A stretch of 64,000 nucleotides of DNA from positions 52,826,001 to 52,890,000 of the forward strand of contig NC_086108.1 of assembly GCF_963921235.1 (NCBI RefSeq), given 5' to 3'. Shown here in pieces: positions 62,651 through 64,000 of this stretch. Position numbers and translations under genes: made by a program. This stretch comes from Mobula hypostoma. Its lineage: Eukaryota. Numbering within the stretch: position 1 is the first letter of the stretch; every line of letters begins with the position of its first letter. The notes under the pieces were generated by a model that searched no databases, had not been told where the DNA came from, and saw only the letters and a list, made by a program, of their open reading frames with translations.

Positions 62651-64000
62651 GTTCGCCATGTTGTGTTGGTTGTTAATGTAAATGACACATTCAATTGTAT
62701 GCTTCAATATACTGTATGAATAAATTAATCGGACCTGGATCTGAATTTATTTGAAGTATTGCACTAAGAGAAAGGGAACTGCAAAACTACATTTAACAGG
62801 TTAGAAGTTATTATATTTATTTTGTACATTCACAGTAATAAAATATCCCAAGTCATCTCATAGGAGCATTATCAAACAAAATCTGACAATGGAAGTGCTA
62901 TATCGATCAATCAAAGCATATTTATTATCAAAAAATGTATAAATTATGCACCTTGAAATTTGTCTGCTTACAGGCAGCTACAAGAAACTCAATAACCCAA
63001 TAAAAAAGACCGAAAACCACTGCACAGAGAAAGAGAGAGAAAAAAACACACACATCATGCAAACAATAGAAACAATATAAAGGTAAATCTGACTCACCTC
63101 TTTTGATTCAGATATAAAGTAAAAACCCTCTCCTTTGAAGACATGGTTTTAACTATGTTGAGATAAATGGGTTTAGTGATCCTGGTAGAAGAATAAGTGT
63201 TGGCCAGTATTCTTTCTTGTTCCTCTACGTAATCTCACATCAAACAATGTAGTTTCTATCGTAGTGATTAAAAATTACTCAAAATACAAAGTTTGAATTT
63301 TAAAAATTCTTAGTCCTTTATGACCAAATGGATCGGGCTACCTGAGCAGTTGTTTATGTTTTGAACATCTTTCTTCAGGTTTGCCTGAACAACAATGACA
63401 GGTTCACTCCACAATGTTTTTTTTCAGGAGGGTCCGGAAGGAGCAAGCCAGTGGCTTGCCAGTTTGCTAGAATCGTTTCCTCCGTTCATCAGTTATAATG
63501 ATAATTGCTTAAAGTTGTGGAATATGATTTCATCAACAAACTCTCTAACCAACAATCCAATAGAAGTATCTTCAGCAAATCAACTGTACTGGTTTCATTA
63601 TCATCACATGAGTAATAAGTTAAAGGCAATGAATACTGGCCTTGTCAGTATTGTACACATTATGAAAAATTAATTTAATATAATCTCAAAAAGAAAACCA
63701 CTTGCTTATAACTTTCAAATCATTTTCTCTGGAACTAAATGGTTTTATCACTCTTAATTCTTTCTTTAAGCCACTGCCCCCTACCCCAACATCAATCAAG
63801 ATTTCATCAAGATATTATCTGTTCTGAAGGCTTTAACTACCAGAGTTTCTAAATGCAATGGATTGCACATGTTAGGTAAGCAAAATTACATATTCTTCAC
63901 AGAAAATGTGTTTGGGATAAAATTCTGTATGTTCAAAACATAGTTATATAGATGATGCCAAAATGCTGTCTTATATCAGATGTATATGATTAATTGCAAA

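Noticed and set aside
63395..63673. 92-aa ORF after a pyrimidine tract and AG
   Set aside because: No recognisable domain or clear splice donor. It cannot be supported without RNA or homology data.
1..64000. CRISPR array, operon or other prokaryotic/viral system
   Set aside because: No regularly spaced repeats or gene-dense segment. The content is vertebrate transposon debris and non-coding DNA.

Overview
Repeat-dense eukaryotic (vertebrate) DNA with no recognisable host protein-coding exon. It is probably intergenic or lies inside a large intron. The repeat set suggests a cartilaginous fish, most likely a ray; this is inferred from remembered family sequences, not a database search. The set comprises CR1, Rex1/Babar, RTE and Nimb/I-type LINEs, Penelope-like elements (PLEs), V-SINE, Deu-SINE- and LF-SINE-like SINEs, Tc1/Tigger/hAT/Harbinger relics, and a Sushi-like chromovirus. 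Nearly all ORFs in the track are transposon fragments or noise. Main signals: (1) a near full-length RTE LINE (13361-16759, 11-bp TSD) whose 5' end was inverted by twin priming and carries a complete HDV-like ribozyme fold, with the predicted cleavage site exactly at the inversion junction; (2) a 2.9-kb inverted (fold-back) PLE with a 15-bp TSD and a minimal hammerhead ribozyme; (3) several 40-200-bp PLE-derived mini-elements, some palindromic, most with 11-14-bp TSDs and with boundaries repeatedly at the hammerhead; (4) a ~690-bp non-coding retroelement present twice; (5) multi-level TE nests; (6) TE-free blocks that look like conserved non-coding enhancers. All coordinates were read by eye, and the edges of old repeats are approximate.
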